A stretch of 61,394 nucleotides of DNA. Source: Candidatus Methanophagales archaeon (GTDB lineage Archaea; Halobacteriota; Syntropharchaeia; Alkanophagales; Methanospirareceae). The notes beneath the pieces are model-generated. The model was not told the DNA's origin. It was given only the letters and a program-made list of their open reading frames with translations, and searched no databases. Below are positions 54,160 through 61,394 of the stretch, piece by piece (within the stretch, counting starts at the first letter, position 1; every line of letters starts with the position of its first letter). The DNA lies in assembly GCA_025435355.1 (NCBI GenBank), contig JANJFQ010000001.1, positions 1-61,394 on the forward strand. Direction: 5' to 3'. The translations under genes and the position numbers were made by a program.

Positions 54160-54879
54160 CTACAAAAACTCCATCGCCTCGCTGCAAAATCTCCTCGCCG
54201 CACCTTCTACATCCCTGCTTTTATATATCGCAGACCCTATAATGGCATACGCCGCTTTACCTTTTACTGCTTCAAACGCTTTCCTTATCTCCCCTCCTTG
54301 CGAACCAATCCCTGGCATGCAAAACTTTGGCTCTTTCACAGTCCCCGATATGAGCGTGTTGTATTCGCAAATAATATCGGGTTTGTTCCCGGGGACTACA
54401 AAATACTCCACACCGTATTTCGCACCGATTTTATACATCTCTTTTGGCGCATCATCCACGAGAAATCCGCCTTCTCTATGCAGATACTTTTCATGCGTCA
54501 TCTCTCCCCCTACCCACGGAACCAACCCTCTCCGGAATAACGCTTTAATAAATGCTTTCTCTGTTTCTGAACCTGCCATTGGGAAAATAATAACGGCTTT
54601 CATACCTGCTTTTGAGCAGACCTCTGCGAATTTATCGCCCATCTGCGGTATATCCGTGCCTGCTTTTTGGTGGTCGTAAATCAGCGGCAAGTCTGTCTGT
54701 TCGGCTACTATCTCCGTCAGCCTTGATAGACTATAACTCAATGCGAGTGTGCATCCCACCTTATAACCCACGATTCCCTCAATCGGGCACGTCCTCTCAA
54801 TTAATGTTTTGAAATCTTCGATCGTGGCTACGTCACAGGCGGGGATTACTCCATGCGTCAGGTGAAATAGTTTTTCCAT
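54160..54879 (-). CDS. orotidine-5'-phosphate decarboxylase family protein (PyrF-like)
   Basis: 'VIPACDV', 'IYDHQKAGTDIPQMG' (DxKxxDIP), 'CMPGIGSQGG', 'AIIGSAIY'. Confidence 0.55.
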   Translation of the reverse strand: MEKLFHLTHGVIPACDVATIEDFKTLIERTCPIEGIVGYKVGCTLALSYSLSRLTEIVAEQTDLPLIYDHQKAGTDIPQMGDKFAEVCSKAGMKAVIIFPMAGSETEKAFIKALFRRGLVPWVGGEMTHEKYLHREGGFLVDDAPKEMYKIGAKYGVEYFVVPGNKPDIICEYNTLISGTVKEPKFCMPGIGSQGGEIRKAFEAVKGKAAYAIIGSAIYKSRDVEGAARRFCSEAMEFL

Positions 54880-54945
54880 TTTATTTAAACTTTACCCGCC
54901 AGTCAAGTAAAGTTAAAGGAATACACTTCAAAGCTTGCGTAAACG

Positions 54946-55701
54946 TCACACGCCGGACACCAAATCCAGCAATGCTTCCCTCGGGTCCTTCGCCTTCACT
55001 ACGCCTGAAGCCAGCAACACGCCATCTGCACCCAACTCTATCGCCGCTCTCACATCCTCACCATCTGTAACTCCCGCACCGCAGAGCACAACACTTTCTT
55101 TATCCACTCGCCTCACCTCTTTCACCGTGTTTTCCACTATCTCCGGGTCCACCTTTGATACTGACCTCCCGGTTCCTATCAACTCTGGCGGTTCAACCGC
55201 GATTGCATACGGCTTCAATTCTGCAACTGCCTTACTTACTGCGATATTATTCGTGCAAACAATCATTAAGAGGTTTAAGCTCGCAGCCTTTTTTATGATA
55301 TAGTCTATTTCCGCTATTTTCAGCCGGTGCTCAGAGTGATTTACAAGCGACCCCGTTGCTCCTGCCTCCTTTATCGTCTCCAGCGTTACGAAGCCGGTAT
55401 GACTTCCCGGTTCTATGGCATCAACGTGCTGTGCGAAGCAAGGTATGTTTACCATAGACGCTATCAGCGCAAGCTCGACCTGTTGAGGGCAGATAGCAAT
55501 GTTTACCCCTTTCTCATCCGCAACCTCCTCACATATCTCGGCGAGTTCAAACCCTTTTTCACCCATTGACTCCGCATACGCCTTCACATTCAACACAATC
55601 ACAGGTGTTTCTATTTTTGCCCCCATTCCTGTTCCTGCTCTTGTCTCTGCTCCTATTCCCATCCTTTCTTCTCTTCTTTCCTCCACAGCCATCATATTCA
55701 T
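54946..55701 (-). CDS. tpiA: triosephosphate isomerase (archaeal type)
   Basis: 'VIVLNVKAY', 'GSLVNHSEHR', 'AIAVEPPELIGTG', 'LCGAGV'. The true start is probably the internal Met at ~55626. Confidence 0.85.
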   Translation of the reverse strand: MNMMAVEERREERMGIGAETRAGTGMGAKIETPVIVLNVKAYAESMGEKGFELAEICEEVADEKGVNIAICPQQVELALIASMVNIPCFAQHVDAIEPGSHTGFVTLETIKEAGATGSLVNHSEHRLKIAEIDYIIKKAASLNLLMIVCTNNIAVSKAVAELKPYAIAVEPPELIGTGRSVSKVDPEIVENTVKEVRRVDKESVVLCGAGVTDGEDVRAAIELGADGVLLASGVVKAKDPREALLDLVSGV

Positions 55702-55702
55702 C

Positions 55703-56413
55703 TCACAAAATCCTCCTTAATTCCCCTATATCCTTCACTAAAAACGTTGGCTTATAATTATCTCTTACCTCCCTTTCCCCATTATAAATAAACACAGATT
55801 CTATACCTGCCCTCTTAGCTGCTAATACCCCAACCAAGCTATCATCTACCAATATCGCCTCCCTCTTACTCATGCTCAATCCGCTCAACACTTTATTTAT
55901 GTAAAAAGGATTTGGTTTCCTGTTAGTCAGACATTCCAATTCGCTCCTCCTACCATACCATATCTTGAAGTACGGTTTCAAATTAAAATGTTCTACCGCG
56001 TAATCCACGCATTCTTGTTGCGAATCGCTTACCACCGCAAGATAAGATTTCTTACTAAGATATTTTATTACTGCCTCAGAACCTTTGCATAGTTTTATCT
56101 CACCATTTCGCATCGCTTCTATCTTCGCTTCTATGACGCCCCTCTCCCTTCTGCTCCAAAAGTCCTCACAATCCAGGTCAAATCTATCACAAAATCTTCT
56201 CACCCCTTCTTCTCCATCAGAATGCAGAGGAGCGAGGAAAAGATTATTCATTTCCTCTATGGTAAGATTTATTCCGTAAAGACTCAAAGTTTTTCTGAAT
56301 GCTTCGTATGCCCACTCATGTGCTATATCTCCTTCTCCTCTCGAATCCAGAAACGTTCCGTCCATATCAAAGATGACCAGCTTATATTCTTTTTCCATAT
56401 ATTTACTCAACAT
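55703..56413 (-). CDS. HAD-superfamily hydrolase
   Basis: Motif I 'VIFDMDGTFLDS'; 'AVVSDS'; motif IV 'ILVDDSLVGVLAAKRAG'. Confidence 0.7.
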   Translation of the reverse strand: MLSKYMEKEYKLVIFDMDGTFLDSRGEGDIAHEWAYEAFRKTLSLYGINLTIEEMNNLFLAPLHSDGEEGVRRFCDRFDLDCEDFWSRRERGVIEAKIEAMRNGEIKLCKGSEAVIKYLSKKSYLAVVSDSQQECVDYAVEHFNLKPYFKIWYGRRSELECLTNRKPNPFYINKVLSGLSMSKREAILVDDSLVGVLAAKRAGIESVFIYNGEREVRDNYKPTFLVKDIGELRRIL

Positions 56414-56481
56414 ATATATTGAAAGGGGGGTTATAAATATCCCTTACCCCAAACTGAAGAAAGGGATAGGGGGGTGGAAAA

Positions 56482-56898
56482 ATGAGCGTTGTTACGAAGG
56501 AACTTCACTTCGATACAAAAGGAGAAGTAGAAATTGTAGATATAACAGAAAAGGTGGACGGCAAGCTAAGAGAATCAAGCATTGAGGATGGTATTGTAAC
56601 TATCTTCGTGCCCGGTTCGACTGGTGCGGTCACGACCATAGAATACGAACCGGGACTGTTGCTGGATTTACCCAGGGCATTAGAGAGGTTGTTCCCGAAG
56701 GGAATAGGCTATGAGCATGAGTATAGATGGCACGACGGTAACGGGCATTCGCATGTAAGAGCTTCTTTTTTGGGCCCTTCATTAACGGTGCCGTTTAGAA
56801 ATAAAAAGATGTTGTTAGGGACGTGGCAGCAGGTTGTGTTTATCGAGTTGGACAATAAGAGAAGGTCGAGAAGAATAATTCTTCAGATCTTGGGATAA
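56482..56898 (+). CDS. YjbQ/UPF0047 family (secondary thiamine-phosphate synthase-like)
   Basis: 'IVTIFVPGSTGAVTTIEYEPGL', 'NGHSHVRASFLGPSLTVPF'. Confidence 0.7.
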   Translation: MSVVTKELHFDTKGEVEIVDITEKVDGKLRESSIEDGIVTIFVPGSTGAVTTIEYEPGLLLDLPRALERLFPKGIGYEHEYRWHDGNGHSHVRASFLGPSLTVPFRNKKMLLGTWQQVVFIELDNKRRSRRIILQILG

Positions 56899-56932
56899 TT
56901 CATATTCATTACTGACCTTTCTACACAATACG

Positions 56933-57562
56933 TTATAAATTTCTCAGACGGATATTCGTACCCATTTCTATTTCTCTAAGGCACATTTTTACTTTACTTA
57001 CAATTTCGTCGAGTTTCTCTTGTGGAACATCCGCATTTCTCACAATGCCCGTCACGATGCCCATGACTTTACCCGGCGTCTCGCCTTCATTATTTCTCGT
57101 GCTTACCCCTATTTGCTCGAAATCTTTGAATGTTACCGGGCACTGGCAAAGAATGATAGCAGGTATCGCCACCTTTTTCAACTCAAACCTCACTTTGTAG
57201 ATGAAATGCGGTTTTACGTTACCGTGATGCAATATGGCGAGTTTATGCTGTCCAATTATATCTATCTCCCTTGGTTCCAATCCAAAGGCTACGCCATGCC
57301 CTCCCCCTGATGGTGCATCTGCTGGTGTCCCATCCCCGGCATTCAATATTATTTCTCCTGTGTTTATACCCCTACTCCTTAATTCTGTGGTTATCTGACA
57401 TACTGGCTTTGGCACATGCCTGATCCCCGGAGACATCGCAACTGCTATTACATCATTCCGCCACGCTTTCGCAAATGTCCCTCTCTGCGCAATACCACCA
57501 CCTAAGCCAAGCGCCTGCCCCTTCCTACAGGCTACAACCTGTGTTTCTCTCCCAACGCCCAT
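56933..57562 (-). CDS. mcrC: methyl-coenzyme M reductase operon protein C
   Basis: 'GLGGGIAQRGTFA', 'IAVAMSPGIRHVPKPVCQIT', 'NAGDGTPADAPS', 'PQEKLDEIVSKVK' align along the whole length with McrC of methanogens. Confidence 0.85.
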   Translation of the reverse strand: MGVGRETQVVACRKGQALGLGGGIAQRGTFAKAWRNDVIAVAMSPGIRHVPKPVCQITTELRSRGINTGEIILNAGDGTPADAPSGGGHGVAFGLEPREIDIIGQHKLAILHHGNVKPHFIYKVRFELKKVAIPAIILCQCPVTFKDFEQIGVSTRNNEGETPGKVMGIVTGIVRNADVPQEKLDEIVSKVKMCLREIEMGTNIRLRNL

Positions 57563-57574
57563 TTTTTTACATTT

Positions 57575-59173
57575 TCACGCGGTCCGCAATACCTCTATCT
57601 TCGTTATTTTACCATCCTTCATATGCGCTACTCTATCGCAAACCATTTCAACAAAATCAAGGTCATGAGAGACAATTAAGAAAGTTATCCCTAAATTCTC
57701 CCTCGCCGCCCTTATAGACTCTGCAACGAATTTCTTTGTTATTGGGTCCATTGTTCCTGTTGGCTCATCAAGTATCGCTATCGCAGGCTCCTTCATCAAT
57801 ATCTGAGCAAGAACTACCCGCTGTCTTTCTCCAACGCTTAGTTGAGTATGGTCCTTCGGGAGTATCTCCACCGCTTCTTCTTCGCTAAATCCTATCCCCT
57901 GCAAGATAAAGATTGCCTTCATCCTCGCAAGCTCTTCTGGTATCTTCAAACCTATGCAGCTCGTGAGATTCTCTAACACCGTCTTCTCAGGATATAATGA
58001 ATACTCTTGGTGTAACATAGCTACGTGCGTCGCTGCTTGTTCGCCTACTCCTGGCGTAGTCGCTCCCCATGCAATCCACACACCGGTTTCTGCTACCCTT
58101 CCCACCTCTATCCACCTATCTCCTGCTCTTATCTTAATTGAGCCACCAGTTAGTGCGTCTATTTGGCATATAATTCGCGATAAACTCGTTTTCCCCGCTC
58201 CACTCTTCCCTAATAGCCCAAATATCTCGTTCTCATAGATTGTAAGCGAAACATCATCTACCGCTTTCACCATCCCTCTCCATATAGAGTAATAATACTT
58301 CTTACAATGGTCAATTTCTATCTTCGGCTCCCCGAGCTTCACATATTCTTCTCGCTCTATTTCTCCCACCTGCTTCTTAAAATCTTCCACTACTTTCTTT
58401 GAGTCGCCATACTCGACAATTTCACCATGATCCAGCCATAATGCTTTTTCTGTTAGTTCTTCAATGACGTAAGGCCAGTGGGAAGTGACAATAAGGGTCA
58501 TTCCTGCCTTCATGCTATCTACCAGTGCTTTATGCACAAGTTTTGCCGTTTCGAAGTCTAACGTCCCCGTAGGCTCATCCGCCAACAGTAACAGGGGGTC
58601 CAATGCCAGTTGTCTTGCAAGCACTACTCTTTGTTTTTCCCCTCCACTAAGGTCGCTTGCTGGAAAGGTTATGCGGTGAATCATTTTCACTGCTTTCAGC
58701 AGCTCATAAGCTCTTCTAAACTTCTTCTCCGCGGGATACTTTCTGCTCTCCAATGCCTGTAATACATTATACATCACTGTATCATCCCCGTATAACCCGA
58801 AAGTACGCTGCAACATAATAGCAACAGCCCTTTTTACTTTCCTCCTCACTTTAGCGTCCTTCCAGTAATTTACTTCCTTTAACTCTAATTCCGCCTCGCA
58901 CTTAATGCACACATTGCCTGCTTTGCTTGGTGCCTCTATCCACGAACAAGCCGGGCACATCGCCACCCTGAGAATTACCTCGCCTGAGGTAGGTGCGTAT
59001 TCCTCACTACCTCGCAACATGTGAAGCAAAACAGATTTCCCCGACCCGCTCTTTCCAAGCAAACCTAAAGGCTCTCCTTCCCATATATCCACGCTCACGT
59101 TTTTCAAGACTTCTTTGCCGTCGAACTCCTTGCTCACCCCGGAAACTTTTATAAATGGCTTCTCTTCACTCAT
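57575..59173 (-). CDS. atwA: methyl-coenzyme M reductase system component A2 (double ABC ATPase)
   Basis: 532 aa with two ABC cassettes ('GKSGSGKS', 'LSGGEKQRV', 'GKSGAGKT', 'LSVGERQRV') and the Cys-rich insert 'CPACSW...CIKC' typical of AtwA. Confidence 0.8.
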   Translation of the reverse strand: MSEEKPFIKVSGVSKEFDGKEVLKNVSVDIWEGEPLGLLGKSGSGKSVLLHMLRGSEEYAPTSGEVILRVAMCPACSWIEAPSKAGNVCIKCEAELELKEVNYWKDAKVRRKVKRAVAIMLQRTFGLYGDDTVMYNVLQALESRKYPAEKKFRRAYELLKAVKMIHRITFPASDLSGGEKQRVVLARQLALDPLLLLADEPTGTLDFETAKLVHKALVDSMKAGMTLIVTSHWPYVIEELTEKALWLDHGEIVEYGDSKKVVEDFKKQVGEIEREEYVKLGEPKIEIDHCKKYYYSIWRGMVKAVDDVSLTIYENEIFGLLGKSGAGKTSLSRIICQIDALTGGSIKIRAGDRWIEVGRVAETGVWIAWGATTPGVGEQAATHVAMLHQEYSLYPEKTVLENLTSCIGLKIPEELARMKAIFILQGIGFSEEEAVEILPKDHTQLSVGERQRVVLAQILMKEPAIAILDEPTGTMDPITKKFVAESIRAARENLGITFLIVSHDLDFVEMVCDRVAHMKDGKITKIEVLRTA

Positions 59174-59236
59174 TCCTCCACACTCTCCTCACTCTTCGTT
59201 ATTTATCTCTATTTTTAAAAAATGTTTCTATATTTT

Positions 59237-59608
59237 TCATCTCTTCTTTTTCTTTAACACCATTATGTCGGGTCTTGGAGGTGCTTTAGAACCTGCAAAC
59301 TCTCTTTTACACCTCTCACACAGTTCCCTCGCCGTAAGCGTAACCACTTCTTCACTCCCCGGTAGCTTCCTCGCATATACAAACTCTGGCTCTACACCAA
59401 CAGACTTGCTTATTTCTTCCAGCAGCGCATTTATCCTATCCTTGAATACCTCCACATCATCGCTCTGCAATCCTCGGAGGTCAGAAGTGAAGCCTACACA
59501 GCCACAAGTCATCTCGAAAACTTTCGCCTCCGGCACAAATAGGTTCCCTGTCAGAGCTTTCAGTTCCTCTTCCAACTTTCTCCTGCCTTCTCCTATTTCC
59601 TTCTTCAC
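59237..59608 (-). CDS. hypothetical protein (123 aa), start overlaps the U32 gene stop
   Basis: 4-nt overlap with 59605..60627. Contains 'CGC' and 'CERC'. No family recognised. Confidence 0.45.
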   Translation of the reverse strand: MKKEIGEGRRKLEEELKALTGNLFVPEAKVFEMTCGCVGFTSDLRGLQSDDVEVFKDRINALLEEISKSVGVEPEFVYARKLPGSEEVVTLTARELCERCKREFAGSKAPPRPDIMVLKKKKR

Positions 59609-60627
59609 TTTTTTATTTCACCCACAACCTTACTTGTTAGTTCATCACAATACCGGCATTCTTCACATATCTTTTTGCACCCTTTCCACTGTTTTATAGC
59701 CCCTGCCAAATCTGCATTGTCTATAAAGAACATATCTTTAAGTTCGGCGGGGCAATCTAAAAGGTCGAGCAAATTACCTTCATACGCCCTGCTCGAATAC
59801 GCTTGCATGCCGTTCAGTATCCAATTAACTGTATTCGCTCGCCCGGAAATCTTGAAATCTTCTATGCCTATCGCCTCATATTCCCTCATGTCCTCAGGTC
59901 TTATCCACGGCGACCTTATGATTTGCGATGGGTCTCGCACCCGGATGGAGATGCACTTGTCAAAATAGTAATCGCCAAAGGTATTCAGAGGCTGAGCTCG
60001 TGCGTTTGAGAAAGAAGCGCGAAAGGTAGTTATGTGGGAGAAGAGGTTAAAATGCGAGTAGCGAAATGGGCACTTATAAAGACAACCTTCATTTACAATT
60101 ACCCTGATGCCACAGTTAACCGCCCTTAATATCGCTTCTAAAACCTTGAAGTTTCTGTTTATGTTTGTATCCACAGTGATTGCATCAGCACCAAGCGCTT
60201 CAAAAAATTCAGCACGTTGCGGCGAATCTACATGTGCCACACATGAAATAACCGTTTCCATCGGGAGATCCCTTAATAGTTCAATAAGATATGGCTCTGC
60301 CACGGTAACGCCATCAACACCTGCCTTGTTAAGTTCGTTGAAATACCACTCAAACATCTTATAACCCTCAAATGTCAGATGATAGCCACCCAGGCAGGAA
60401 GCATTCAGCACGACGTTCATCTTTACGTGGTGCTGGTGCGCATAAGCGGTTTGCTCTTTGATATCTTCAATAAGCGCTGCATGTAATGTCGCTCTCCCGC
60501 TTCCCATCACTTCCGGAGAGCCGGCCATGTAAACTTCTTCCACTTCTTTCAAGCCCTCTGCTTCTTTTGTCTCTATTATCTCCTTCAAAGCGGAGAAATG
60601 TCCTGGGTGTGGAATTATCAATTGCAT
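59605..60627 (-). CDS. peptidase U32 family protein
   Basis: TIM-barrel-like pattern 'YAHQHHVKMNVVLNASC', 'AGVDGVTVAEPYLIELL', 'GADAITVDTN', and Cys cluster 'NEGCLYKCPFRYSHF'. Confidence 0.6.
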   Translation of the reverse strand: MQLIIPHPGHFSALKEIIETKEAEGLKEVEEVYMAGSPEVMGSGRATLHAALIEDIKEQTAYAHQHHVKMNVVLNASCLGGYHLTFEGYKMFEWYFNELNKAGVDGVTVAEPYLIELLRDLPMETVISCVAHVDSPQRAEFFEALGADAITVDTNINRNFKVLEAILRAVNCGIRVIVNEGCLYKCPFRYSHFNLFSHITTFRASFSNARAQPLNTFGDYYFDKCISIRVRDPSQIIRSPWIRPEDMREYEAIGIEDFKISGRANTVNWILNGMQAYSSRAYEGNLLDLLDCPAELKDMFFIDNADLAGAIKQWKGCKKICEECRYCDELTSKVVGEIKK

Positions 60628-60635
60628 TTTCTATC

Positions 60636-61394
60636 TTATTCTATACTACGAGGGTTATAAATATATTTATGAAATGTTTCCAAGTTGCCCAACAAAACAA
60701 CCTCAACGAGGGATGAGGAGAAGATTAAAAAACCAATATTCACAATACCCAGAAGGTATAGTAGTGTAATTAGTATTGGTTGATGAATCAGGTAAATTAG
60801 TAATGAATGCCGCCCTAAAAAGCAAAACAATCTTATAAGAATATAATTAGAAAGGTCACAAAGGTTAAATTGCCGTGTGTAGTCAGGATATAGCAAATTC
60901 CCAAAAAACAATCCAATTAGAATTACTCCAAACCATGGAAAAATCGGGAAATAGTCAACAGTATAGAAGCGCTCTGGCATGAGTCCTAACCACATTAACC
61001 AGGGAAAACCAAAAGTAAGGTTCTTCAAATATATTCCAAGCGATATAAAAGCAATACCTATCAACAGATTCCAGGAACGGAGTTTTAAAAAGGGATATGC
61101 CAGAATAATCGAAATTCCAATAAGATGAAGTATCCCAAATACAATAAACCCCTCTCTCAAAAAGATCCAAGTCGTTAAGGTAATAATTAAACCCCATGAA
61201 AAGACCTTTAAACCTCTTTTGAGATATTTTTGGTATACTTTTTTCCCGGTATTCTGTATTTTCTTAACCCTTGAAAAACTAAGAGTTAGTGATATACCCA
61301 CCAAAAGAATAAAGATTGTGGCGGTCATGCGCCCAAAATATAACCAAAAACCAGAATGTAAATTAAGATTGTATTCACCGAAATAAGTCAGGTC
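60636..61394 (-). CDS. DUF1624 (heparan-alpha-glucosaminide N-acetyltransferase-like) membrane protein, 5' end outside the window
   Basis: The frame stays open upstream of the tracked Met to the window edge ('DLTYFGEYNLNLHSGFWLYFGRMTATIFILLVGISL'). 'FGILHLIGISIILAYPF' is family-typical. Confidence 0.55.
   Translation of the reverse strand, partial: DLTYFGEYNLNLHSGFWLYFGRMTATIFILLVGISLTLSFSRVKKIQNTGKKVYQKYLKRGLKVFSWGLIITLTTWIFLREGFIVFGILHLIGISIILAYPFLKLRSWNLLIGIAFISLGIYLKNLTFGFPWLMWLGLMPERFYTVDYFPIFPWFGVILIGLFFGNLLYPDYTRQFNLCDLSNYILIRLFCFLGRHSLLIYLIHQPILITLLYLLGIVNIGFLIFSSSLVEVVLLGNLETFHKYIYNPRSIE

Noticed and set aside
59115-59699. 194-aa plus-strand ORF
   Set aside because: It is Ser/Leu/Phe-rich low complexity and antisense to the atwA 5' end, the 123-aa ORF and the U32 3' end.

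Overview
This looks like an archaeal chromosomal segment from a methanogen or ANME-type Euryarchaeote. That is an inference from mcrC, atwA (MCR component A2), taw3, PGF-CTERM sorting signals and a split archaeal-type glutamate synthase. I saw no rRNA, tRNA or CRISPR array by eye. The left flank (1-10.9 kb) holds housekeeping genes: a secreted beta-carbonic anhydrase, GlcG, aquaporin, a decayed AOR gene, rhodanese, NifU, ThiF/MoeB, glutamate synthase, xseB, argB and fumarate hydratase alpha. The right flank (48-61.4 kb) holds taw3, TauE, pyrE-like, UDG-like, a glucan-phosphorylase-like gene, pyrF-like, tpiA, HAD, YjbQ, and an operon DUF1624-U32-hyp-atwA-mcrC. The centre (10.9-48 kb) is the unusual part. 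It carries 12 antiporter-like (NuoL/M/N-MrpA/D, PF00361-type) genes. Two belong to one canonical Mrp operon (mrpF-G-E-MbhD-MbhE-B-C-D-D/A). The other ten sit in iterated accessory modules. Those modules also contain three gene families I cannot name: a His-rich 2-TM protein (3 copies), a helix+TM 'tail' that occurs both fused and free-standing, and an internally duplicated polytopic membrane protein (3 genes, 6 modules). Two KaiC-like ATPases, two Cys-rich membrane-anchored miniproteins and two CBS-pair proteins are interspersed. Shared intergenic motifs suggest common regulation. No redox module (hydrogenase, Fpo or FDH) is present in the window. I rank this modular antiporter-like system with its uncharacterised partners as the best candidate for a new system.
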